The notes under the pieces are model-generated. The model ran no database searches and was not told where the DNA came from. It worked only from the letters and a program-made list of their open reading frames with translations. This document shows positions 1-12,015 of a DNA stretch of 64,000 nucleotides, piece after piece. Source of the stretch: Balanoglossus misakiensis (lineage: Eukaryota; Animalia; Hemichordata). The translations under genes and the position numbers were made by a program. The stretch is taken from the NCBI GenBank assembly GCA_040954595.2, contig CM082588.2, positions 1,293,935-1,357,934 on the forward strand, written 5' to 3'. Numbering within the stretch: the first letter of the stretch is position 1; the number at the start of each line of letters is the position of its first letter.

Positions 1-2566
1 TCCACAGTTCCAACTTTCATGTGCACAACTAGAATGCCAAATTCATTTGTGGATGAGATTGAGAATAGCTGAAAAAGAACCCTCAGTCAAAAGTAATTCT
101 GAGATCGAACAAAATGGTCAGCTTGCTCAATTTTTAGATACAATTTCATTTAATAGTTTTGTCCATGGAAAAGTCTTGGTGGAAAAAATACAGACCTAAC
201 ACGGTTTGTCTTCTCATGGTCTTATATTTCATAAGCTTGCATGGTGACCTCTGTTTTTTTCCTGACTTACAAAGAGAATAAAAAAAAAAATCCACAATTA
301 AAAGAACTGACAGAGCTTGAACCTTACCGATTGTAAATCCTGAAGTTTCCTTCTCCATTGCGACTGCCCTTAACCTATGAAACAATATGCAATGTCAATT
401 TCGAGGTTCACATGGGATAATCTGGAGCAACCAACACATTGATTCCACAAGATGTCTTGTAGAGGTACAGAAATCTGCCTGAATCCTGTCTTTGGACGAT
501 TTGTAATACATCACAGATTAATTTACATACATAGACAACACATCTGTATGGGATCTGATTGGTTGCCTTGCGCTGTCACCGACTTGACCTTATCTGACCT
601 CAACAAGCCTCCATGGTTACAACCAATCAAATGCTTTCAGCAGGATTGCTCATGTTTACACCATGAATTTCTTTAAAATAGACTTGCATTGTTCTTTACC
701 AGAGGGCACCAAAAAACATCAGCAATGCATAGCACTGACATACCTAAACACTACTTGAGTACTGCAACAACTACAGTCCACACACACACAACCTGCTGAA
801 AACAAGATCCTTGAAGTACCGTGTATCAACCCACCTCATAAAGATGCCTGGCTCTGAAACTTGGTACTTAAAAACTTGCCACAATCCTAGTGCACACAAC
901 TTACTCACAGTAGAACAACCACCTGGGTAGAGTGAACTATTAGTAAACAAATGAACTACAACTAGATACATGTAGTTAGTTTGTATCAGAATATTCATCT
1001 CTCAACATCCACGTACACCTATGGTAACTGAAAACTTTGCATACTTTCACAAAATTAAAATCGAACTTTACAATTTTTTTGTCTTGAAAAATCCCCCTAT
1101 CCACATTTATAATGGGTCCCCTAACATTGGCGTAGTGGGCTCTCTGATGCTTTTAAACTTTCAAGTGAAGCTTCATGCATCATACTTTAACCCTTTGCCC
1201 TCTGATCCCCCCTCCCCTTATGCGAATTATCCTTCAGAAGTTTTCTTCCAATATGGGTTCAGACGAGTAAGGTCTTCTTGAGAACACATTCTGTAAGTCT
1301 AAAAATATGGACTGGATAACACACTTGCCAAAAGAGGACAAAGGTTCCGCAACACATTAGGAATTCCCCATCAGAAATTCTGGCCACTGACAAAAATAAA
1401 CGCAACTATGTACTATTTAAAAACGAATGTGTATCCCCACATGGTTGTACAACTTTCCTCCATCAATACTACATTCTCAACACCATATAACAACTACAGT
1501 AGAGCACACAAGAAAGTCAAAACCTGGGGGGTTAAAAATAAAATGTGAAATGCACAGTGAGCCTATTTGGACCACTGTGCCTACTTACACGCCAGAAGTT
1601 TTCTAAAGATTCTCTTTGCTTCTCTACAGATCTTGCTTTGACTGACTTGACCCCAACTCCACCACAACAGCATAATTAGCATTACCTACGTTTGCCACGA
1701 TTGTTGTCTTCGATATAACTGCCTTCATGTCGTGCTATTATTAATTCAGTGGGTTCAATTTACAATATGGTTTGAACACTTTGGTATGTAGTGTTAAGTT
1801 TTATCACAAAACTAATAAAATTTGCCACACCAACCTGTGAAATTCTGATCACAGTGAGAATATTGCCTGTGACTGGTCTTTGATATAGTTCTGCAAATTA
1901 TGCTCCCTTTCCCAACTTCTCAGATGCGTGATTCAATCTAGAAAGCACAAACTACTATCTTCACAAATTCTTGGAACAGCCTTGTGTTATCCAAGACAAT
2001 CACCCCAAAATTACTTTGTTTCATAGTTGGTATGGCAAAGTCTCCCTGTTTCTTGACAACAAAACCAACCTTAGACACACAGGATCTCACCACAGTACTG
2101 AATCAGACAATGAATTGTACATTTTGTGCCAAAACGATATTTTAACATTTCACTTTCTTTCATGGATTTTGTGTCGCACTGCTGTGAGGTCTGTGGCCAA
2201 GGGTCTTAATATGCAAACTTCCTCTCCATTATCAACCTCAAATCAGGGTTATAAAAATAAAAAACTTGTAAGATTTATTTCAAGTTTCGTTACTTTCTGA
2301 ATTGGCATGAAAATCTCCACCAACGACGTTTAAAAAATACTCTTGATATTGCAGCTACGTGTCACCACCAACACAGAACACTGTACAAGTAAAAAGGCAG
2401 AGTCAATGGAGAATTTCATCATAAGTCTCAAAGGCCAAACGTGTATATCCTGTGGAAGTGCTAAGTAATTTCACATGGTGAAGTGTAGCAGGTCAAGTCT
2501 CCTCAACTAACACAGGAATGCACAATTTTGGAAATCGAATGAAGAGCGTGTAAATAATGCAGAGAA

Positions 2567-5500
2567 TCAAGCAGAGGCCTGTTCTGTTGGTTTTTCCGGT
2601 TCAGCATTTTCCATAGCCTTGGCGTTACTCTCGGTAGTCGCATCAGTACTGTCAAACTGAGGCTGTTGTTTCGCGTCATCGCTTTTGTGCTCCTGTGTTG
2701 CAGTTGTCTCACACGCAGTTTCATTTCCCTGAGAATCATTCAGCTCAATCTTTTGGTGAACAGCGCTTGTGTGATTATTCACAACAGGTGGCGTTTCCAC
2801 CACCTGGTCACTTGGTGGCGCTATGCTTTGATCGTACTTCGTATTATCCCGTGCATCATTTCCCGCATCTACGACAGGCGCGCTTTCCTCCTTTTGAGTT
2901 GTCACAGCATCCTGTTCTGTAGTCCCAATTGCTCCTTTTTCTGCCGTTTCTTCAGTGTCTTTCGGTCTGTCCGGGAGTTTAAGTTCCACGTTCGATTCCT
3001 CCTCCTTGCTGACTTCATCACGTTTCTCTGTCGTACTCTCTTCAATACGTGACTCCGATGGTTGAGCTGGCTGGTCTGCACCTTGCTTGTTGTCAGGCTC
3101 TTGATTATCAACATCAAACCTTCCCCTTTTATTCTCATTTTCAGAATTATCACTATCGAATCTACTCCTCACTCGGTCTCTTTGGTCATGAAATTCTCGA
3201 TCTCCGCCACGTCTGTCTCTGTCCTCTCTGTGCCAGTCTCTGCGACGATTATCCCTATCCCAGTTGCGCTCATAGTCACGGTTGCGATCACGATCCCTAT
3301 CACGGGGATTTTCCCTGTCTCTATCACGACTATTATCCCTATCCCTATCCCTGTCTCTACCTCGATCCCAATCCTTTTCTCTCCGATCCGGCAGCCTGTT
3401 TTCTCTCCAATCCCCCCTCTCATGTCTGTCAAAGCCACGGTCTCTCCATTCCCGTCTGTCCGTCATACCACGGCCCCGCCCATCTCTCACACCACGGTCA
3501 AATGAACTTGAAGCGGCATCAAATCCCCGCTCACGATCTCTCTCCCTGTCCGCTGTGTTCCATTTTTCATTAAAGATGCCTCTGTTTGGAGCCCTCTCTT
3601 CAACTTGCGGTCCCCAGCGGTCTGGCCTGTCCTGGTTAAATCCTCTCTTGGTTTCTGATCTATTGAATCTGTCCTGGAATTCATTCTGCTTGAAGTCGCT
3701 GTCATCACTACTGGAGAGCCGTCGTTCATCCACATCCCGAGCAGCCGAAAAACGATCCCTGTTGTTGAAATGGGAACTGAGCACCTGGGAAACCCCCGGC
3801 CCGTCACTGGGCTGCCCAGTGCCTGTAACACCGGCAGATATATTTGCTGTTGCACCCCGTAGACCTGGCAATGGGTACTGAACAGTGCCTTGTGGAAGCC
3901 CTGGCTTGGACCCCAAGACGCTTTGCTGGTCACCTTGTCCCATGGAAGGAGTTACACCTACACCCGGCATTCTGGGCGCCATTCCCGGTACAATCATACC
4001 TGGTCGGATCGCACCCGGAGGCAACTGACCAGGAATCATACCGGGCATGTGCGGTAATGCTTGTGGGTTCACTTGACTCTGACCTCCTCGTATATTGATA
4101 CTCATAAGAGTGGGTATCTGACCCCCAGCAGTCGTGGTTGCTAAGACTGGTCTGTTCATGATGCCACCAGGCCCTGGTGAAGGCAGCAGAGGCAGCCTCA
4201 GTCCACTCTGCATATCCTGAACAGTAGTCGGAGTTGATGTGACTGCGCTAGGCATTTGAGATGTTGGACCCACGCCTTGGTTCATCTGGTTCTGACGCAT
4301 AGCGGCCATTCCGATCACCATTCGAACTCCCAACTGATTCATCATGCCTTGCATGAAGGGCATTCGCTGACCTTGACCTTGCATGGGAGTGGCAGCAATG
4401 GATGTCACAGGGCCTTTTTGCTGCCCCTGAAGACCTGCAAAGTCTGAGGGCATGGTTAGTTTGGGTTGGATCATGCCGGGCTGATCCCCAGCTCCCGGTT
4501 TGCCAATATGGCTGGCAATCTGTTGCTGGGTCAGATGAAGCTGAGTCATCTTTGCTATTTTGTTTGAATCTTGCTGAGATGTGGATGAACTGTCACCCTG
4601 GCCGGGAAATCCAATTTTTGAGTCGATTTTTTCAGCATCTGATCCATTCTTTCTGTTGTTGTCTTGTGGTTGGGTTTGAGTTTGGCCAACGGGGGGCACG
4701 GGTCCAGGTGGCATTTGCCCCAGCATTCCAGGTGGTGGCACTCCCATTGGCGGTCTTGGAAAACCGGGCATGCCATGATACGGAGGAGGTGGCACTGAAG
4801 GGTTGAATCCAGGAAAGGGTGGGAAGGGCAGATTTGATGGATATCCTGGTGGCCGTACTAACATCCCACCAGCCGGCAAATTAGGTGGCAGCCCGGTCAT
4901 ATTCTGTGGGGTCTGTGGTGTGGTCTGTAAGGGTGTACTGCCTGGGGTCTGACTTGGGGTTCCCTGGTCTGTTATGGGCGTTCCCTGCTGACTTGCAGCA
5001 GCAGCGTCCCCTGCCTGAGCTGCAGCCATAGCTATCAAATCATCTTGTGTCATCTTGGCCAGATCTTTCTTTTCTTCACCTTCTCCATCTTCAGCTAAGG
5101 AAGAGGCAAAACAGAAAAGCATGATGATGAATCACATTTCTCAACATACAAATCCAAAATGAAAAACTGAAATCCACTGAAGCTATTTTCTGAATATGAT
5201 TGTTTATCCTTACTTTAATATTCTACCCCCTTACCTTTTCTTAACTCTGGCGGCAGTGTTTCTTTGTCAATCATACCACCCTCAGACAGTGACCCGAGAT
5301 CGACTTGCTTTGGTAGTTTGTCCCATGGGATATACATCACTCCCAGATCAACTTCCCAATATTTCTTGTAAGTGTTTCCTTTTGTGCCTTTGTTTGTTGC
5401 CCACGTCATCTGTCAGGAATAAAAGAACAGTGCAATCATACCCATCCATAGGTCAAACACAAAGACAGACAACACATTTCTTAGCCTATAAGTCCAACTG

Positions 5501-8500
5501 CCATCGCATATGACAAATAAAGGCTGAAACAGACTTGCTGGGATGAAAATATCATTTACCTTGATGAGGTTGCCATGTATCTTCACATTCTTCAGTTTCT
5601 GTAATGCTCTGTAAGCATCCTGTCTATGCACCATACACACAAATGCACATCCTCTTGGAGGAATCATCTGTAAAAACAATTACAACACCTCTGTATATTT
5701 AGTATCTTTAATATCTTTCCATTTCTTGATGCATTGTCAAGCCATGCCTCTAACTAAGAAAGCTTCTGATTGGCTATACTTACATCAATAGATTGGATTG
5801 GTCCATATTCTTCGAAGGTATCTTTGATGTCTTTTTCACTGGTAGTTTTGGTCAGATGTCCTAACCAGATTGTAGTGGAGCATACTGCAAGGGACAAAGA
5901 CAACATCAATCATCACAGCAACTAGGCAAGTTCTTCTCACTCAGGTACGAAAAAGTGACTGGTGTTCATGCAGACAAAACATTGACTTACCTGTCAAATG
6001 TTTGGTTTTGATCGGTGGTAGACCTTTCTTCTGTCTCTCCTTCTCCCGCTCTCTCTCCTTGCGTCTTTCCTTGTGCCTTGGTGATCTTGACCTGGATCGG
6101 GACCGAGTCCTCTTTCTCCTGGAGCGGCTCCTGGACCGAGACCTTGACCTACGGCGGCGACGACGTGGCGACCTTGACCTAGAGCGACTTCTGGAACGAA
6201 ATCTTCTTGGAGATCGCGATCTGCGCCTCCTGTCTTCAAGTCTGTCATCGTCACTTTCCTTCCTCCAGCTGATTGAATCATCCTCATTGCTGCCAGTCCT
6301 GATGGCATCTTCTTCCAAATCCATTGGCTCTGACTTCTGGTGCATGTGACCCATTTCTTGAAGCTGAAAGCGAGAAAGAGTCTCAATGACATCATCAACA
6401 TCCCCGACTGGATATACTGAGCCTCCAACATCTCATAAAACTGGTCTGGAGCCAGCAAATCGTAGAGTTTCACAAGGATGCCACATGAAAACAACTCAAC
6501 AAATTTAAATGAGCACAACAACATAGATAACTTCTCATATCCAAATGATATAATGAAAAGATGCCAACTTCATCCGAACACTGAGAGTAACACTTCAACA
6601 TACCGGCAGTGATTGGTTGAATGTTTGCTGAAACTGCTGCAGGTGCTTTTGCTGTTCCTGCTGAAGTAGAAGTCTCTGCTTCAGCTGTTCTTGCAGACTT
6701 GGTGCCGCCTCGCCTTTCTTCAGAGACTGCGTCAGCTGCTGGATCAGTTCAACGTTGGGGAACGACGGCGGAGCAGTAGTCGAGGAAACCCTGCAAAATT
6801 ATTGATCCAATAAAGATATTGTGATCTTCCAAATGGCTGCATCATGGTTAGAATACTTGAAAAGTGGACACAAACCTCAAGTAACAGACTTCAATGTACT
6901 TACCCGACTGGTGGCAGTGTTTCAGTTGCTGGCGATGGTTTCTTGTCAGTTTTATCATGATGGTCTTCATCCTCGTCTCCATAGTCAAAGTCCAATAACG
7001 CCTGCAAAAATCACCCACATAATCATCGCTTTGTTAAGATTGGTACTTGGGATAAACGTTGGGTACCAGGGTTCCCAAGACATTTCACTAGGTTTCCCCA
7101 TGGTATATCAGTGCAGCTTAGTTGTAATCTGCTTACCTTGTTGAACCCTGAGGTTTTCTCGTCAGACTGTTGGGTTCCAGTCGCCCCACCAGGTTTCTTG
7201 ACAGCAGCTGCAGTCGCAACAGCCAGCGAGGCGCTCAGAGCCTGTATCTGCGCCATGAAGGAGTTATCCAGCTGCGGCGGCTTCGGCGACGGATGCGCCT
7301 GCTTCTGGATCTGCTGCTGCAGTTCTTGCAGCTGCTGCAGGGTCTGTTGTTGTTGATGCTGTGCCTCCTGCGTCTGTTGGATGAGCTGCTGCAGCGACGC
7401 CATGGTGGGTGGAGTGGTCTCTGTTTTGGCTGGTTGGGAGTCGGTGTCCGACCAGCCTGACCATCCTGTCCCTTCCTGCTTTGGGGGAGTGGTCTCTTCC
7501 TTTGCTGTGGCTTCTGCATTTTGTCCTGCTACTGCTACTGCTAGTTCTGGGTTAGCCATATCAAGTAGGGGCTGAATTATCTCGGCACTGAAGACACCAT
7601 TTTTCTGCCACAGGTTCAGCACCCTCACCACTTTGGCCTTGTCGTCCGGTGGACACTTGAACAGATGCTGAAATGTGGCGGTCACGTTCTTGGCAAACCT
7701 GGGGGCAAACACGTCCTTTTCGGCCCCGAACTAGACAAAACAGAAATCAAAAAGATGTAGAGTACAGTTATCTTCAAGAAGCACTGATCATTATATACCA
7801 CTATGCACAGATATGTAAGAATCATGGGAACAAACTTTGACCCTGTGACCTTTTACACAGACAAACAAAAAGCTAAAAACAAAACTGAAAGTGACCAGGT
7901 ATATTACTGTTAGCTGGTTTGACAGTTTTATTTTTATGCAACAAGTACATACCTGATGTCTGGACTGTCTAACTATTGAATCAATGACGTATAGACCGGG
8001 AATCTTGTACTCTGGTCGACACTGAAAATAAAGTAAAATATGAAGTGTGACATTCACATCCTGACAAGATTTTGGTTTCAGTTTGAAAAGACTTTTCTAA
8101 TCTTCAATCTCATGTTACTTACATCATGATGTCACCATAGCGACTAACATTCCTACCTTTTGGATGAATTTCTCCACACTCTGAACGACATGCTTGTAGA
8201 ATTTGATCGCTTTTATGGCAGACTTCGTCACCGATGTCATCTTTGCCCTGGAGATTGGCGGCTTGCATTCATAGATGCTGGACAGCTGTGTGGGAAAAGC
8301 CATGAGAAATCAAGGTAAGATTTCTTCTGGATCATACACTCTCGATCAAAACTGGGATTGGGCATGCAGTGTGCCTTGCTAACAATAATGTTGTTTCATA
8401 TTTAATTAATCATGTTGCATCAATGGAGCAAAGAGATGAAACATAACACCAGCGAAATCAACCCGGACCACGCAGTAAAGCTGGGAATGGTGAAAAGGAT

Positions 8501-8904
8501 TACTTTAATACTACGAAACGTACAATGGTTGCGAAATGAAATCGCCTTGTGTTTGATGATATTAATCAGTGAACTCACAGGTTGTGCACGCGTTGCCAAG
8601 CAGGGCACGTCACAGCCTCTGTACGCCCTCGTATGTGGCATGAAATGTACATGTCGCGTAATTAATACCCGAATACGCGGAAAATTATGGTATTCTACTT
8701 ATTGTCGGCTCGACAAATTTAACACAAAAGTTCTCTGGCCAGCGGATCAATACAAAGCCGACAATCATGCCCATGGATCGGAATAATGCAGCGCTTTTGA
8801 CGCGACGGCGCGCCGGAAACCCTGCAAGTGTAATGCTCCATGCCTAGTCTATTTCCTTTCTTCGCAAAACTTACCTCATTGTTGAATGTCCTAACAGCAT
8901 CCAT
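2567..8904 (-). CDS. SCAF8: SR-related CTD-associated factor (SCAF4/SCAF8 pro-orthologue), 11 coding exons
   Basis: GT-AG exons 8875-8904, 8157-8285, 7953-8021, 7137-7730, 6904-7001, 6604-6790, 5991-6363, 5784-5884, 5560-5667, 5235-5409, 2567-5094. N-terminal CID (MDAVRTFNNELSS..KPPISRAKMT..CRPEYKIPGLYVIDSIVRQSRHQF), LLDFDYGDED motif, RS-rich tract, RRM (CSTTIWLGHL..MIPPRGCAFVCM), then Pro/Gln-rich and RD-rich C-terminal regions. Confidence 0.95.
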
Positions 8905-8939
8905 GGTGGATCTGGTGTCCTGGCTTATACCGCACTTAT

Positions 8940-9226
8940 AAAACGTTGGTGTGATTCACTCTAAACCCATCAAAAGCTTTCAGTTTTGACGTAAATCGGT
9001 TCCAAATGAATCAAATTTCGGACACGCAGGTGACTGGAAAATGGCGTGCAACGTGAACATCCCATAATATAAGCATGTCTTACTAACAAAGACAGTCATT
9101 GGCCATTAGCTCCGATTTCACGTCATGTTGGCCAATCATACACATTGTATTTTTATCGCCATCTTCCGTGTAAGTTCGTACAGTATCCCATAATCCTTCT
9201 CCGAAATTTCAAGATGTCCGCGCCCG
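8940..9226. promoter_or_regulatory. Putative bidirectional promoter between SCAF4/8 and MANEA
   Basis: Head-to-head arrangement. YY1-like AAAATGGCG (~9038) and CGCCATCTT (~9157), two TCCCATAAT ZNF143-like cores (~9060, ~9186), CCAAT/ATTGG boxes, and a donor G|GTAAGG at 9226/9227 that would close a MANEA 5' exon. Confidence 0.6.
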
Positions 9227-9755
9227 GTAAGGAGAGAAACTGGACGAAAGCATTAACATCATAATCCATGGCCGTCAACTAGCTGCAAGGAAGATAACAA
9301 CAAAATTTGTGTTGCAAACGCAACCGAACAGGCAAACCAAACATTGGAAAAACAATCATATAGGTATATTTGCACCAACAGACGCACAAGGGACGGACCA
9401 CATTATATGGTGGGAGGGGTTGCCATTGAAATAAACAAGCCACAACCTTAAGTGTGTGCACCACAGTTCCAAACAGCAGTGAAAGTCTGTCTGATAAGTG
9501 ATATCAGTTCTTATGTAATTTAATGTATACATTTATCTACTTGGCAGTGCATGATTCAGTTACTTGTCTAGATTATCTATGCATTAGCAAATTGTTTACA
9601 AGATGCAAAATAGTTAACAAGGGAACCCTGGGGGTGGTTTTGTTTATACATTCTTACATTTGTTGTATCTTATCTTTTCCAGTGATGCATTATGAATAGG
9701 CTACTAGGGTGCAATGCGATGGGTCACACTCTCTTTGTGCTGAAAATCTAAGGAC

Positions 9756-11485
9756 ATGGCAAGAGCAATGCAAACCAGGAGGCTGTTCATTGTACTTATT
9801 TTAGCATGTTTCGGCTTTGGGTGCCTGATTGCCATAGTCAACTTGGCCAGTATCGAACTTGATGAACTGGATGCCTTGTTTGTGGATGGTCCCAAGTTGC
9901 ACTCACACTCACACTCACACTCACATGGCAGAAGGGACGAAGAGACTGGAAAGGAAGTTGAACTGCCGAAGTCTAACAATGGAGATGTTTCTGCTGATAT
10001 CCACGATCATCTTGACAGAAGAAACCCAAAAATTGCAGGTGTACTACAGATGAAACAGCCTTCAGAAAATACCAAAAGGGAAAAGGAACAAAACCCTGTT
10101 GTTATGCCAGATATTGTGGAAAATCAACAAAATGCAAATAACCCCCCAGAACAGGAAAATAACTTGCAAGACTTCCCAGAACCGAACTATAATGTACATG
10201 TATTCTATTATCCCTGGTATGGGAACCCACAGACAGACGGGAAATACATTCACTGGAACCATGGATACATAGAACATTGGAACAAAAGAGAAGCCAAAAA
10301 ATGGCCTGTTGGCCGCCACCAACCTCCTGATGACATTGGCGCTAATTTTTATCCATCACTTGGATGTTACAGTTCAAGGGATCCAAAAATTATAGAAGAT
10401 CACGTGAAACAGATAAGATCTGCTGGAATTGGTTAGTAGCTTAACCTTTTCACCCAACGATTCAGTCCAAAGGCACCATTGTGACAAGAGTATACATACC
10501 AGTAATATTGGTACACACATTGCTGTTATAACTGTTTCAACTTTTTTTTTTCAGGTGTACTTGTTGTATCCTGGTATCCTAATGATAAATCTGATGCAGA
10601 AGGAATTCCAAGTGATACACTTTTACCCATCCTCTTAGACACAGCACACAAGTATCAATTGAAGGTATGCCTTAGCTTTTTCAGCATTTTGTCTTGAATC
10701 TTTCCATGCACTGTGATGTAAATGGCATTGTGACGGACATTGACAATTTCCCTTACTGTTTGTTTTGGCAGGTGGCTATTCACAGCGAACCCTACAAGAC
10801 ACGTGATGACTACACTCTTCATAAAGATATGAAGTACCTTATTCAACAATATGGTTCCCATCCAGCATTTTACAAACACAAGTGGCAAAACAAGGAACTG
10901 CCCCTGATTTATGTCTATGATTCCTATCTGGTTCCGGCCAAACAGTGGGCGGAGCTTCTGAAACCCAACGGCAAACACACTGTTCGGGGAACAGAACATG
11001 ATGCGATCTTCATCGCTTTACTTGTCGAAGGAAAACACAAGACTGAAATAACTCAGGGTGGCTTTGACGGGTTCTACACTTATTTCGCGACCAATGGCTT
11101 CACGTTTGGGTCCACCTATCAACACTGGAAGGAGTTGTCCAAATTTGCCACCTCCTTGGGTCTTATGTTCATTCCGAGCCTGGGACCAGGGTACATAGAC
11201 ACGAGCATACGCCCGTGGAACCAGCAGAACACACGCCAGCGCTTAAACGGACAGTATTACAAGAACGCTTTCACACAGGCATTAGAGATTAACCCAGAAA
11301 TAATTTCAATCACGTCCTTCAATGAGTGGCATGAAGGAACACAAATTGAAAGTGCAGTTCCCAAACAGGCGAAATCTATGACGTATCTTGACTATAGACC
11401 CAACGATCCTGACTTCTACTTGAAAATGACTAAAGAATGGAGTGAAAAGTATGCACAGCAGATGAGAAAACATCGTGCACATTAA
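9756..11485 (+). CDS. MANEA: Glycoprotein endo-alpha-1,2-mannosidase (GH99), type II Golgi membrane protein
   Basis: Exons 9756-10431, 10555-10664, 10772-11485. N-terminal TM anchor; GH99 motifs HVFYYPWYGNP, HWNH, DDIGANFYPSLGCYSS, GFDGFYTYFA, ISITSFNEWHEGTQIE. AATAAA at ~11785 and ~11854. Confidence 0.95.
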
Positions 11486-12015
11486 TCCAATTATACTTCA
11501 TCATATTCCAGTCAGATCATCACATGTGCAATATTAAGCAGTGCATCATTAATTTATTTGTGATTTTCTGCAAATCTTGCCAATGATTATTTCTGTAATT
11601 GCAGAGTATTCTTCAGTTATTTTAGAGTCAAGTGTAGTTTTCTTTCTTCTTAGAGATTTAGTTAAAATTAGCGAGTTCTACTGAGGCTGAAACTTTTATT
11701 GAAATATCGACAGTTGGCTCTTTTGTGAGACAGCCAGTGCTGTATTTTATCTGTATGTACCTCTGTATTTATTGATCTCATCAGAATAAATTGTTTACTG
11801 CGATCAGTCCATTATTTATGGTACACACACTGAATACCTGAACTCCATGACGTAATAAATGTGAAACCTTTATTTACAAATGGTTTGTCTTGTGTGATCT
11901 ATAGCATTGGGGTCAAACAGACAATACTCAAACCATCCTATGCATAGTAAGTGATTTATTTTTCACAAAATAAATGTTTGAAAATTAAACTCATAGGCCG
12001 GCCTCCACCTGTGAT

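Noticed and set aside
2666-7575. Many plus-strand and alternative-frame ORFs (e.g. 3282-3881, 6002-6349)
   Set aside because: Shadows of the low-complexity RD/RS/Q-rich SCAF4/8 exons.
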